Part shown: one piece after another, positions 43,182 to 54,192 of the stretch
Layout of the letters: the number at the start of each line of letters is the position of its first letter
How positions within the stretch are numbered: position 1 is the first letter of the stretch
Source of the DNA: a virus
Strand: one strand, 5' to 3'
IMG/VR virus record: IMGVR_UViG_3300036820_000006
Span: 35,276 to 99,275 of that record
DNA: 64,000 bases
Made by a program: the position numbers and the translations under genes
The notes under the pieces: generated by a model
Database searches by the model: none
The model's input: only the letters and a program-made list of their open reading frames with translations
Told to the model about the DNA's origin: nothing

Positions 43182-46100
43182 CTCTCACTCTCCCTACATA
43201 CAATAGCTCACCTTCGGCTACTGTGTGCTGTTGTGCTGCCTTGGATGCGCTCACCCGGCGCAAAGATTCACATCTGCTCACAGCAGGTGCGCGGCTACCC
43301 TGCTTAGCTGGTTTACAAAATCGTTCAATTGACCGACTTCGGCCAAGCCGATAGCTGCTCCGATAACGAACATTCCAGCGATAGCAAGCGCGGCTATCGC
43401 TGCCGGATGCACGCCCTGGTAAGGTGCTTCGTAGGCGAATTGCGGCACGCTAGCAGCATCGCCGCTAGCTGCGCCGCTAGCTGCGCCCGCGTCAGCTTGC
43501 TGTTGCCGCGCGCTGATAAGCTGCTCGACTTCATCTTGGCGCGCGGCAACCGCCTGACGATTCAGCTGCGCTGCACGATTGCGCAGGTTAGTGGTGGTAA
43601 GTGTGGATGACGACATTTGAACCCCTCCCGTTTTAGTGCTTCAGTTTCCTTATTCCCTTATTCTGCAAACCTCATTCCGCGCTGCTCTAACTGCTCGGTA
43701 ATGAACTCGTCCAGCTTGGCGAAGTCCAGCGCGCCAAGCTCCGCGTGTTCGAGCATGAAACGCAATGCGCGCCCATGATCGAACCAGCGTTGGCGTGCTA
43801 CTGCCCAGCGTGATACGGGCAGCGTGCTACCTTTTTCAGCCCATTCGTTGATGACCGCGAGCAAGTTCTCCTGTTGATCCGTAAAATCGCCCGCGTGTTT
43901 GCGCGCGTAGCTTTGCGTGAGTCGTTTTCTAATCATGGCGTCATCCATCCCATCGCTTTCCCGCTGCCGCTAACCATCGTTACCGTGCCGGAATGTGTTT
44001 CGACATCCCAGCCATGCTCACGCGCCAACTGCGCAATCGTTCCCGCTTGCTCGCGCGTGCCTGCGATCCAAGCGCGCGAACCTGTTTGCAGTATGCCGCT
44101 AACATCTTCCACAGTGCGGAATCCCACAGGCGCAAGTGCCGCATTCAGCGCGTCGCGACGCATGTAGCGCGAGCGAATTTCGTACAGCACATCTGAACCT
44201 GTGCGCTGCTCGCTGAACACTAGCACGGACTGTTGCTTGAACTGGCGTGCTACCTCTTCAGCCACCTCTAAGGCATCCCACTCGCGCGCATTGACCCACA
44301 CTAAATGCGCCGATGGTTCCGCGCCATCCTGCCATGTGCCTAGCGCGGGCGTTACTGTTGCATGCTCGCGCTCGCGCTGCTGTTGCTCGCGTTGGTCTGC
44401 GCTGCGCACCGTGCGCGCGGTTACCAGTCTGCGCAATTCCTGCTCTAGCTGCGTCTGCAATTGGCTATGCAGCGCGCGCTCTGCTTGCGCCAGCGTGAGT
44501 GCTAGCTGCGTGTTAGCACTGGCGAATAGGTGTTGTGTTGCTAGTTGCGCCTGTTGTGGCTGTTGTGGCTGTAACTGTAGCTGTGCCATCTCAATACCTT
44601 CCCTCTGCTGTGCTGCTCTGTGCGCGCTGAGTGCTGCCAGTGGATGCACAGCACCCTGCGAATGATTCACTGCCTAGGCTCAAAACGTCAGTCCGCCTGA
44701 CTCCGCATTATCGACTGCACTCGCGCCACGATTCACTAGCGCGTTACGTGTGGGCCAACTTGTGCTTAGCTGCTGTGCGACCATCTCCCATATGCGCTTA
44801 TCGGCTGCACGCTGAGGATTCGTTCCCAGCTTCTTAGGTAACCGGTTGAAGTGACTCTGTACATGGCGCAAACTGGGAATGCGCGCGATATGCGCGCGAA
44901 TAGGCGCGAAGGTGGGAGTTTGCGGATTGCCTAGCTGGGTGCGAACGTTGGAAGTCATAATGTCATCTCGAATCTGCGAGCTTGAAAGCTCGCGATGCTA
45001 TGAGGTGAAGTGCGACTGAGGCAGGAGGCAGGCGGTTAGGATGCTGCCCGCCTACCTCAGCGATTCAACAGCGATTCAAAGCTCAACTGCGCCTAGCGCG
45101 TCTGGCGCGTCGCTTACATCGGTGGCGATGGTCGCGTGCGCGCGGTTAGCTAGATAGCCATAATGCATCTGCTCATCTTCAGCGTCCGCGCCTGCCAACG
45201 CTATAGCCGAAGCTTGGCGCACACGTTGCCAATGCGCCGTGGCAGCTGCATCACGTTCACGTTGCGCTGTGATGGCAGTCGCATCGCGCTGGTTAGCTTC
45301 CCATTCGCGGTAAGGTGCCCAGCAAAACTGCCAGTAGATGCTGCCAGCCGGTTCTAGCTGTTGCTGACGCAGGCAACGACGCAGGCAGCCTTGGTGAGTT
45401 AGCGCACATAGCGCATATTCGTCCAGGTCGGCTAAGTTGAGTCTAGGTGAGGTTGAAATGCTCATGGGTGAAAGCTCCGAATCTGCGCCGGTGGCGCGAT
45501 GCAATAGAGGTTTGAAAAGCCTTGAAAACCCGATGTGCAACATAGCGAACTGCGTGTTACACGGTGGATACGCTAAGTTATTAGAATGCTTCAGCTTGCA
45601 CGTCAGCACGCACGCTGTCTTGTATGCGTGCAATCTTTGCCACACGGGCGATTGCAACGGCAGGTGTGGAAGCATCTTCGATAGCTTCTAAGATGTCGCC
45701 GTCTGCCCATGCTTCGACTACGATGTCCCAACCGCGCGTGTTGTAATGCTTGCGGGCGTACTGACGAACTGCTTCGACCAGGTTGTATTCGTCCATTGCG
45801 GTATCCTTTCGTGTTGCTTAGTGGTGAAACGTGTTGCGTAGCAACTCTAACGCGTGGCGGGAGAATGTATATACCACGAAAGTGTTACATCTTTAGTAAC
45901 GTTACCTAAGTTGGCTACGCTGCGCGCTTATGAGTACCTAGCACGCGCTTGCGCACACCCGCGCTAAGGCACTCCCCGCGCCGCGCGCCGCGCCATCCCA
46001 TCCGTCCCCGCGCGCCCGCCCGCCACCTCGCGCACGCACGCTACACATGCAACAAACTTTCGCGCTTGCGCGTGCGCGCTCACTGGTCGCCGCCGCCAAC

Positions 46101-46210
46101 CAAGGGGTGGCCCGCGATCCGGGGGTGGCGGCTAGAGTGCTGATTCAACATAGATACCCATTATCAAATTTTATAAAAATTTCCCTGCGATCTTATTAAG
46201 CTAGGCAAGC

Positions 46211-46239
46211 TGGACGGCAACATGATTTCATGTTATAAT
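46211..46239 (+). promoter_or_regulatory. Promoter with an embedded palindromic operator
   Basis: TGGACG-17 bp-TATAAT. AACATGA-TT-TCATGTT occupies the spacer. Confidence 0.65.
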
Positions 46240-46558
46240 AGGGATGCACATGAATCACCTATGAGGCGGGCAATGAGCGAGAAAAACGAAATGCGACGCA
46301 TAAAGGTTCCTGACGGTATGCTAGAGGCGGCGTGGGCTTGCTGGACCGGAGAGCACGGCATTGTGGGTTGAGCATAAAAAGCACCCGCGCGCCTCGCGCC
46401 GTAAGAAGTGAGGATTATATACTTGACAAAAGTATAGAGGCGGAATAATCTGTGTTTATGGATGAGTTAAGTATCACGATTTCTTCGGTTTACTTGACTT
46501 GGCAATACCCCGCATCGTCCTGCGGACATCCTTCTTTAGCTCCATTTGCTTACTCTTC

Positions 46559-47488
46559 TCATCCATCGGGGGTCTCCCTGTGACCATCATTGACGGTCAG
46601 CTTTCCTAGGGGAGTCGCATTTGAAAGACTTGGCCCGCTGAACACATTGTTTTCGATGGTGTACAGGTTCTTTGCGGGGATGGGAAGCAGATAGGGAAGC
46701 TTTTTGCTAGCCTCTCTCTCTTTTTGCTCCTCTTCCTTCGCTTGATGCTCTCTAAGAAGTTGCCACAAGTTTTCTATACGCTGATCGCTTTCCTTCTTCT
46801 TTCCTCTTAGTTGAGTAATTTCTTCTACAAATTCGTCGAGAATGGCTTTCCATCGCGAGTCGCTATCGGTGCGGGTTCTCATCATCGCAAGCATTAACTT
46901 GTTCGCCAGTTTGGAATGATCCTCAAGGATGCTTTCCTCACTCTTGACTTCCCATCCGGGTTTTTGGCGGACGCGTCCGTCGTTATGGAGCACGGCGATC
47001 TTCGACTCTCCACCTACACCGTCAACGTACTTCTTTGCGATTTGTAGCAACTGCAATGCAGCAGCGATGCCATCTTCTGTCTGCATTTGCTCGAGAGCGG
47101 TTAATATGCGGGAAAAAACATGACGATCTATATTCAGTTCAGCCTCAACGCGCGCCCCAGATGCAGTTACTAAATTGCCCGGTCGCGAGATCATCGGCAG
47201 CCACAGCGCCACGCGGAGCTGATTCTTGCTAAGAGGCAGCTTGATAAGACGTGATGTGAGTATGACTCCCATGGCTCTCCATCCTCCTTTGAATTTATAG
47301 TGTGGGCGCACTACCTTGGCCTGCATTTCTAACTGCTCGCCATCGAAAGTTTGAAGGGAGATCACCTCGCGCAGCGTTTCCGGCTTAGCGCCTTGAGCGC
47401 CTTGAGCGCCTCGCCTATGCGCGGGCAGGCGCGACGTTGTGCTGGACTGTTTTGTGCCGGGCTGGGGCATGTTGTTGCCTGCCAGCAT
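46559..47488 (-). CDS. Apparently chimeric ORF: HTH (RepL-like) N-terminus fused to an unrelated C-terminus
   Basis: LSKNQLRVALWL...AELNIDRHVFSRILTALE switches abruptly to IAKKYVDGVGGESKIAVL. Confidence 0.4.
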   Translation of the reverse strand: MLAGNNMPQPGTKQSSTTSRLPAHRRGAQGAQGAKPETLREVISLQTFDGEQLEMQAKVVRPHYKFKGGWRAMGVILTSRLIKLPLSKNQLRVALWLPMISRPGNLVTASGARVEAELNIDRHVFSRILTALEQMQTEDGIAAALQLLQIAKKYVDGVGGESKIAVLHNDGRVRQKPGWEVKSEESILEDHSKLANKLMLAMMRTRTDSDSRWKAILDEFVEEITQLRGKKKESDQRIENLWQLLREHQAKEEEQKEREASKKLPYLLPIPAKNLYTIENNVFSGPSLSNATPLGKLTVNDGHRETPDG

Positions 47489-47798
47489 ACTACAAGTTGC
47501 AGCCCAGCTACAACATTCTCAGTATCAAGTTATTGCAAACTAAGATGGTTGCGGCGTTTTCCTTCTGAATAAATACTAAGCACCTTTGTGCTGACCGCGA
47601 CGGAAGGCTTCGATGACGGCGGCGTTCACCTCGTCGCCATGCCACCTCGAATCGGACGGATCGGCCACGAGCAAATCCTTGATCTCCTTGGGCACTTCAT
47701 CCTCCGGCACGAGGAACTCAACACATGATTGAGATCGCAGGCAGGAAGAATATTAAAGTGTATGTGATGAGGTTGCTGAGCGAGGGAGATCAACGCTG

Positions 47799-48101
47799 AT
47801 GCGAGCTGAACTCAAAATTCACCCTCAGTGGTACGCGCAGCGCCTAGCGCGCATGAAACGCTTGATCGAGCTAAACGCGCCTGCGATAGTCATACGCATG
47901 GAAGCCGAGCTGCTGCTGACCAGTTTCCGCTGCCGCACGCCCCGCGAGTGGTTATGGAAGAACCTGCTGGCCAAGCAGCCGAATTGGTTGCTGCGACTGG
48001 TGAGCAAACGCTACCGCGAGATAGACGACGCGGTGAATCGCTACGAGAATGACCCGGAGGTGGTCGCAGCCGCAGCCGCAGCCACAGCACTACCACGCTA
48101 A
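47799..48101 (+). CDS. Hypothetical protein, paralog of 11797-12102
   Basis: Shared KRLIELNAP motif. GGGAG SD. Confidence 0.7.
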   Translation: MRAELKIHPQWYAQRLARMKRLIELNAPAIVIRMEAELLLTSFRCRTPREWLWKNLLAKQPNWLLRLVSKRYREIDDAVNRYENDPEVVAAAAAATALPR

Positions 48102-48607
48102 TCCCCCTCTCGCGGGGCTATCACGCGATAGTAGACCGCGCCGACGCGCCGTGGCTGCAGGAACACAAATGGTCGGCCATGGAGGTTAAGCGCGCGGACG
48201 GCTCGGTTAGGGATGTTTATGCAGTGCGTCATCCTAAAGGCGGACGCGCGAACCGGAGGCCGATTATTTACATGCATCGCGCGATCCTGGAACATCTAGG
48301 CCGGAATGCTTCTTATGTAGGCCATCGCGACACCAATGGGCTGAATAATCAGCGCAGCAATTTAGCCAGTTATACCAGTTCACAGATGCGGCACAAAGCA
48401 CGTAAGCGACTGGACGCAACCTCGCAGTATAAAGGCGTGTCATGGAATAGCGCGCGGGGCCGGTGGATGGCCTCGCTGCGCACTAAGCAGGCAGGCGTGT
48501 TGTTGTATGAGTATTGCGCAACCGAGTTGGAAGCGGCGCAGAGATATGATGCAGCAGCGCGGGAACATTTGGGTGAGTTTGCCAATCTTAACTTTCCTGA
48601 TGATTAG
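48098..48607 (+). CDS. HNH-AP2 endonuclease (start uncertain)
   Basis: IPLSRGYHAIVD upstream in frame, then YMHRAIL, HRDTNGLNNQRSNL, SQYKGVSW and AAQRYD..A...GEFANLNF. Confidence 0.8.
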   Translation, partial: LIPLSRGYHAIVDRADAPWLQEHKWSAMEVKRADGSVRDVYAVRHPKGGRANRRPIIYMHRAILEHLGRNASYVGHRDTNGLNNQRSNLASYTSSQMRHKARKRLDATSQYKGVSWNSARGRWMASLRTKQAGVLLYEYCATELEAAQRYDAAAREHLGEFANLNFPDD

Positions 48608-49110
48608 GAGTTGATATGAGTCAACATGAGCGAGTAGGGCAGCCAGCGCGGACAGCGCAGCCAGCGCGAGCAGGGCAGGATAACAAGCTTCATCACCTTA
48701 TGGCGGCAGCGCAAAAAGAATCCGACGCGCGCCGCGCGCAACATCTTGATGGCTTTTATGAACTACGCCTAGTGCGGTCCTCTTCCGCCTGCCCGGAGCA
48801 ATATGACTGCTTTATCGATAACGAGCAGGCTGGATACTTTCGCCTGCGTCATGGCAGGTTCCGCGTGGATTATCCCGACTGCGGCGGCCCAACCATATAT
48901 TCAGCCGATACCAAAGGTGATGGTGAGTTTGAAGAGGGCGAGCGCGCTGTTTTCTTGGCTCGGGGCCTGCAGCGGTGCATCAGCGCTTGGCGACTGGGCG
49001 CAGAGAAGTTGCTGGCGGCGGAGCAAGCGGCAGCGGCGGCCGGATTGCGCTGATGGATATATGGCCGCTGCAGTCGTACGCACCACCGCCGCCTAGCTAG
49101 GATTTTAACT

Positions 49111-49230
49111 TTCGTCCCGCATCGTTACTTGTTGTTGCGTTCCGTACCGCTCCGTATCGTAACGTCATGTTCCGTTCCATACTGTTCCGTATCGTGTCTC
49201 ATCGCATCGCGCCGCGCCGCATTGTAAAGT
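49111..49230 (+). ncRNA. Pentamer array E: 24 x (NN-CGY), on the + strand
   Basis: ttcgt cccgc atcgt tactt gttgt tgcgt tccgt accgc... All triplets are within one mismatch of CGY. Orientation follows local + transcription. Confidence 0.85.
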
Positions 49231-49235
49231 TTTCC

Positions 49236-49268
49236 ACAGGCAGGAGGGAGCAATCCCTCCTTTCCTGT
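49236..49268 (+). terminator. Hairpin directly 3' of array E
   Basis: ACAGG-c-AGGAGGGA-GCAA-TCCCTCCT-t-t-CCTGT with a GNRA loop. Confidence 0.65.
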
Positions 49269-49915
49269 TGCCTTAGAACATGGTTCCATGTACTATAACC
49301 CTATTGCGTAGCTTTACGTGGCATACCACAGCTCAGCATTTCGCGAGACCCGAGAAGAAAGGAGGCTGCACCCACATGGCGGTTTTTATGAAGAAGATCA
49401 TCAGCGCACTCGTTCGCGTCATCACGGCCGATTCCACCAAGAAGTTTGTTGCGGAATTCGTTGCTGAAGTCGCAGCTTCTGTTGTTAGCAAGCTTCTCGG
49501 CGGCATCGCCGCCCTCTCACACTTTATGCGCACTGACGCGACAAATCAGGGATCGTGCATTCTTGCCGAGGGGCTTAGCTGATGGCTGACCTAGCCAACG
49601 TTTATCGAATCTGGCTGCATGGTATGGCAGGCGGAGCACCATTACTGGTATGCGGTGTCATGGACATTACCATGCCCACACCAGATGAGCCTTGGTTCAC
49701 TCTCTCTCTGGTGAGGATGACGTTATGCTGTTTACTGCGCCAGAGACCTAGGTGATATGCTGCATGCGCGAACCGGACCCGCAGGTTATAACGCCTCCGT
49801 CCATCTCTGAGCAGCTGGGCATACGTCATCAGCGTCTACCTGAAATATAAAATCCTTTACTCATCTCCCCCTTCCGCCCTAAAGTGTTCCTCCAGAACCT
49901 CTAGGAGCTATCACC

Positions 49916-50398
49916 ATGTTCACTGCTGCTGCCGCTACGACTGTTGCTGCCACTGCCGTCACTGTTTCCACGCGATCCACGCCGCGTCTGCCAGTTGCTT
50001 CGCCCGCAACAGTAGCTGCAACTACGGCTGCACTAACGGGCTACCCATTCAAGACCCCCGTGCCGCCGATCACCGTCGATCTTGCAGTGCTGCTTGGTGA
50101 GATCGTAGTGGAAGCGCGCCATGCGCATTTCCCGCCGCTGTCGCAGCGTCAGCTTGCTGCTAAGCTAGGTGTGCCGCGCACCTATATCAGCAAGGTAGAA
50201 CACGGCAAAGCGCTCCCGCGTTTGGATACGGTGTTTCGGTTGGCTACCGCGCTGAACTTACCTGCTCCGAAGCTGATGTCACTGCTTCAGGCTAAGATTA
50301 GCCCTAGTGCTGCAGCTTCTGGCGTGCCAAGCGTGCCAAGCGCGCCGAGCGTGCCAAGCGCCATCCTCTCCGCGTCACTTCCAATCAAATCCCATTGA
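49916..50398 (+). CDS. XRE-family HTH regulator
   Basis: LSQRQLAAKLGVPRTYISKVEHGKALPRLDTVFRLATAL. Confidence 0.85.
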   Translation: MFTAAAATTVAATAVTVSTRSTPRLPVASPATVAATTAALTGYPFKTPVPPITVDLAVLLGEIVVEARHAHFPPLSQRQLAAKLGVPRTYISKVEHGKALPRLDTVFRLATALNLPAPKLMSLLQAKISPSAAASGVPSVPSAPSVPSAILSASLPIKSH

Positions 50399-50894
50399 CT
50401 CACAACACCTATCCGTGTACCTTTCATCTAAACTTTGAGGAGCTGGGAGGTTCCCTGTGCGTGCTTCGATATCATCTAGGCTTTCTGGGCCTACGCCATC
50501 TGTGTTGCGCTTTCTGGTTCTGCTTGCCATTGCTGGGGTGTGCTGCGGAACTATGCTTCCGCAAACTCCGTCATCGCCCGCAAGCGCGGCCAGCGCGCCC
50601 AGCCCGGCCGCTGCTCCGCAGCTCACTACCTCGCAGCGCGATCACATCCAAGTCGCTGTGCAGCAATGGCAGATGCTGCAACAAGCACAGCAAGAACTAA
50701 CCCAGAAGCTACAAGCGCAGGGCGCTGAGGTCAACAAACGTATCAGCGATACCCGCAAGGAACTGCATCTTGACGATACGTGGGAGTTCAACTTTCAGTC
50801 AGGTGATTTCCAGAAGAAATCTGCCGCCAAGCCGGGGAACGTCTCACCTGCTGCCGCCGCCGCGCCGAAGAGAGAGTCGCAAAAGAAATAACTA

Positions 50895-51155
50895 ATGGCT
50901 CCCTTTAGCAAACTCGCCGCGAAGCTGCTGCCTGCGAAGTTGCCCCACTTCAGCAATCTGCTTACTGAAGCTGAGGTTTTAGCCAACCTGCGCCAAGAAA
51001 TCACCAACGCCACGCTGAAAGATGTCGCAGCGAAATATCACATTTCGGCGCAGCAGCTCTCCGATATCCTCTACGGTCGCGCTAACCTGAGCAAGCGGGC
51101 GTTAGGACTGCTTAGATATCGGCAATGGCGTTTTTATGAGAAGGTTGGGAAGTGA
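50895..51155 (+). CDS. Small HTH protein
   Basis: TLKDVAAKYHISAQQLSDILYGR. Confidence 0.65.
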   Translation: MAPFSKLAAKLLPAKLPHFSNLLTEAEVLANLRQEITNATLKDVAAKYHISAQQLSDILYGRANLSKRALGLLRYRQWRFYEKVGK

Positions 51156-51484
51156 ATCATGGATAACTCACCGCTAACTCTCCTTGATATCCAACATACT
51201 CTACAAAAGTTGCAGGATAAGTTCTCGCCGGAGTCTGACACTGTGTATGTGTGTAATCTACATACCTATGACATGGTGAAGCAGGCTCTTACTATCCCAG
51301 AGCCTTCAGGATCGCACATTCGATTGGCTGCGTATGCGCATGTTCTGGCAGGCGTTGCGTCATCTACTGATTGGGATAAGCCCCTTCCAATCAACCATAT
51401 TGAGATATATCCCTCAACTTGGCTCGGCCTGTCGGATGGTGAACTTAGGCCTATTCCGCGCAGCGTGCTTATAAAGCCTATCTG

Positions 51485-52153
51485 ATGCCCTCAGGCTTAT
51501 CCACCTTCGCCCTAGTCGCCCTTGGCCTGCTTATCGGCCTGCTCGTCGCCGCGCTTATCGTCGCAGCCGGGGCGCTCGCATATTCTGCTACCTTGCAACG
51601 CCGTGAAGCCAAGCGCACCGCCGCCGCTATCGCGCGCATCCTCACCACCAACACCTCAGCCATTAACCTGCTGCGCACAGAAGTCGTCGGCGCACTCGCC
51701 CGCATGGACGCCGACCGGCTGCATGACGCTTCAATCGGCGTGCAGCGCGGCGCGAAGCGCTTGGTGGAAGCGGTCAACATGCTATATAAAATCGCCTACA
51801 CCTCTACCACCAACGCTGAAATCGATGGCCCCCTGCCACCAGGTTTAGACGAAGAGGCGGCCGACGACGCCGCGCGTATGGGCGACCGCTTGACCGGCAC
51901 AGAAACCCCGCAGGAGCACTCGCCATGGCACTACCTTAGCGAGCAAGAGCGCCGCCAGCGCGTGAATGATTTCTTTGCACAGAAGCGCGCACAGCGCGAT
52001 CCTAATGCGCCCGCTACTACCACAATGGAAGCGCTGGCGCAGCAAGCCGACGCGATTCGTCAGTCACAGGGTTCGCTGCACACCTCAGCGCTGCCTGATC
52101 TTGATGACGAGATGGAACTCGACACCGAGCTGAACGTGCGTGGCAGCGAGTAA
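51485..52153 (+). CDS. Membrane-anchored hypothetical protein
   Basis: Long N-terminal TM helix. Confidence 0.55.
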   Translation: MPSGLSTFALVALGLLIGLLVAALIVAAGALAYSATLQRREAKRTAAAIARILTTNTSAINLLRTEVVGALARMDADRLHDASIGVQRGAKRLVEAVNMLYKIAYTSTTNAEIDGPLPPGLDEEAADDAARMGDRLTGTETPQEHSPWHYLSEQERRQRVNDFFAQKRAQRDPNAPATTTMEALAQQADAIRQSQGSLHTSALPDLDDEMELDTELNVRGSE

Positions 52154-52236
52154 GCGGCAGCGGCAGCGGGCGGCGAGCAGCAAGCGGCGGGAGTAAGCAT
52201 AGATAAATTTGCCCGCTGCGCTATACTGCTGCCGAG

Positions 52237-53061
52237 ATGCCCTCTTACACCAACCCACGCACCGCGCCACGCCGACCCACACATGGCAGGCGCTATCTAC
52301 CTCCCCGGTCGCAGCGCCAGAACGAACTTAGCGCTGCTGCCTCCCCCGGTGCGCCCACAGCCGCTGACCAACGCCGCTGGTACGATCACCAGCGCAACGG
52401 CATTGGCATCGCCGAACTCGCCACGCGCGAACAAGTCAAGCTTTCCACCATCGAGCGTTCACTGCAAGTAATGCGTGCTTATACCGCTACCAACTCTCAA
52501 GAGGCTACCGAGCTGGCCACGCGCGCCACGTTCCTGCGCGCCCTGCCGACAGTAGAAGATATCTTCCACCGCGCCGCTACCGCTACGCAGCCCCAGGAAC
52601 GCCGCATACTCAACCCAGACACTCAGGAAACTTTCCTCGTAGATGAGGTAGTCCCGGACATCAAAACGCAACTCTCCGGCGCGGAGATGATTCGCAAGTT
52701 CATGGAAGCGGTGCAGCCACGGCAGCCTGCGATGGCGGTAAATGTGAACGCTTCAGCTACCGCGCAATCCGCTACCTTTAACGCAGCATCCTCCGGCCAA
52801 GGTCCAATCTCTGCTGAAGCGATCATCCGCGAAATCCGGCAGCAGCGCGGGCTAGCTGCACCGCAAGAAATAGTAACGCGCATTGTTACCGCGCCTGTGA
52901 CCGAAGATGTCGATAGCGAACTGGCTGAGGATTTGGAATATCTGGAAGAAGCGGAAGCCCGCGAGCGCGATGCGCAGCAGCGGGCGGCTAGCGCGGCCAG
53001 CGCGACTGACGAAAATGCCGCCGTAGCTGACCTAGAAGAGGCTGAATATGCTGAAGAGTGA
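52237..53061 (+). CDS. Possible terminase small subunit
   Basis: HTH-like GIGIAELATREQVKLSTIERSL, acidic tail, upstream of terL. Confidence 0.4.
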   Translation: MPSYTNPRTAPRRPTHGRRYLPPRSQRQNELSAAASPGAPTAADQRRWYDHQRNGIGIAELATREQVKLSTIERSLQVMRAYTATNSQEATELATRATFLRALPTVEDIFHRAATATQPQERRILNPDTQETFLVDEVVPDIKTQLSGAEMIRKFMEAVQPRQPAMAVNVNASATAQSATFNAASSGQGPISAEAIIREIRQQRGLAAPQEIVTRIVTAPVTEDVDSELAEDLEYLEEAEARERDAQQRAASAASATDENAAVADLEEAEYAEE

Positions 53062-53437
53062 TCTTCCAGCGAGCTGCTCAATGCATCCAACCCGGCGCAA
53101 AGCCATCTCTCAATGGGGCGTCTTCGAAGAACACGACGACGAAGGGTATCTAACCGTGCTGCATGTTATCCCGGTTCACTGTCTCGATATTGAGGATGAC
53201 GTTATTGAAATGTCTGCAGCGCACATTCTCTCTGCTGCGTGCCCCTGCCGCCCAGTCGCAGATGGCATCAATGAATCCTCCGGCGTGCCTATTCTCAACC
53301 ATCACGATCCTGAGCATCCGGGCGCGTTGAGCGATGATGAATGGTGCCGGTTAGGCGGCGCTAAAGAATGCTAAAATGGCGGGGATGCCTACCGTTTGCG
53401 CGGTGGCTTTTACCTAATCGCTATTGGAGAGCGACTT

Positions 53438-54184
53438 ATGACATCCCCTCGTCGAATTTTACCACCTGCAGGGATTTGTATCTGCGGTAAGCCCTACAAA
53501 CAATGCCCAATTTCTTTTGGCTTCTGCCACTGTGGTTGTGGCGGCAAGACTAAAATTTCCACGCAATATAACGCACGCGGACGTAGCAGTACTTACGCGG
53601 GACTGCCTAAAGCTTTCATTTGTGGGCATCATGGACGGATACATCCAGTAACTATGGTTGCTCCGACAGTCTGTATAGAAGGAAAGCACTATAAAACTAT
53701 CCCTCTGACTCAAGGGCAATCTGCCATTGTTAGTCATATAGATTACAAATGGCTTATGCAATGGAAGTGGTGGGCTGTAAAGACCGCCAAAGGTTACAGC
53801 GCGGTACGTGTTGTTCATACTGGGCCTAAAAAGCGATTTACGCTACGGATGCCCTCTGCAATCATGGAACATGCGCATGGCAAATTTTCCATCGATATAG
53901 ATCATGCCAATGGCAACCCCCTCGATAATCGACGTTTAAATTTACGGTTTGCCACGCGAATGCAACAGTGCCAAAATCGGGGCGTTCCCCAAGGCAATAC
54001 TAGCAAATATAAAGGCGTGCATTTGCATAGAGGTAAGTGGCTGGCCCGCATTGGGCACAATCGTCGCAGGATAACTTTAGGCTGGTTTGCCGACAGGGAA
54101 GACGCAGCTAAAGCCTATAATCAAGCCGCACTAAAGCTTCATGGACGATTTGCTAGGCTGAATGTTATATCCTGTGATACATAG
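53438..54184 (+). CDS. HNH-AP2 homing endonuclease
   Basis: CHCGCG, IPLTQG, IDHANGNPLDNRRLNLR, SKYKGV and AAKAYNQAALKLHGRFARLN. Confidence 0.88.
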   Translation: MTSPRRILPPAGICICGKPYKQCPISFGFCHCGCGGKTKISTQYNARGRSSTYAGLPKAFICGHHGRIHPVTMVAPTVCIEGKHYKTIPLTQGQSAIVSHIDYKWLMQWKWWAVKTAKGYSAVRVVHTGPKKRFTLRMPSAIMEHAHGKFSIDIDHANGNPLDNRRLNLRFATRMQQCQNRGVPQGNTSKYKGVHLHRGKWLARIGHNRRRITLGWFADREDAAKAYNQAALKLHGRFARLNVISCDT

Positions 54185-54192
54185 CTGTATGA

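Larger units (their letters stand above)
37214..45796 (-). other. Early-gene region of many small leftward ORFs
   Basis: Dense co-oriented short ORFs starting from the strand switch near 45.9 kb. Confidence 0.6.

Noticed and set aside
49278-49345. Possible sixth pentamer array
   Set aside because: Weak period-5 signal with a phase break and many triplets two mismatches from CGY. At most a decayed array.
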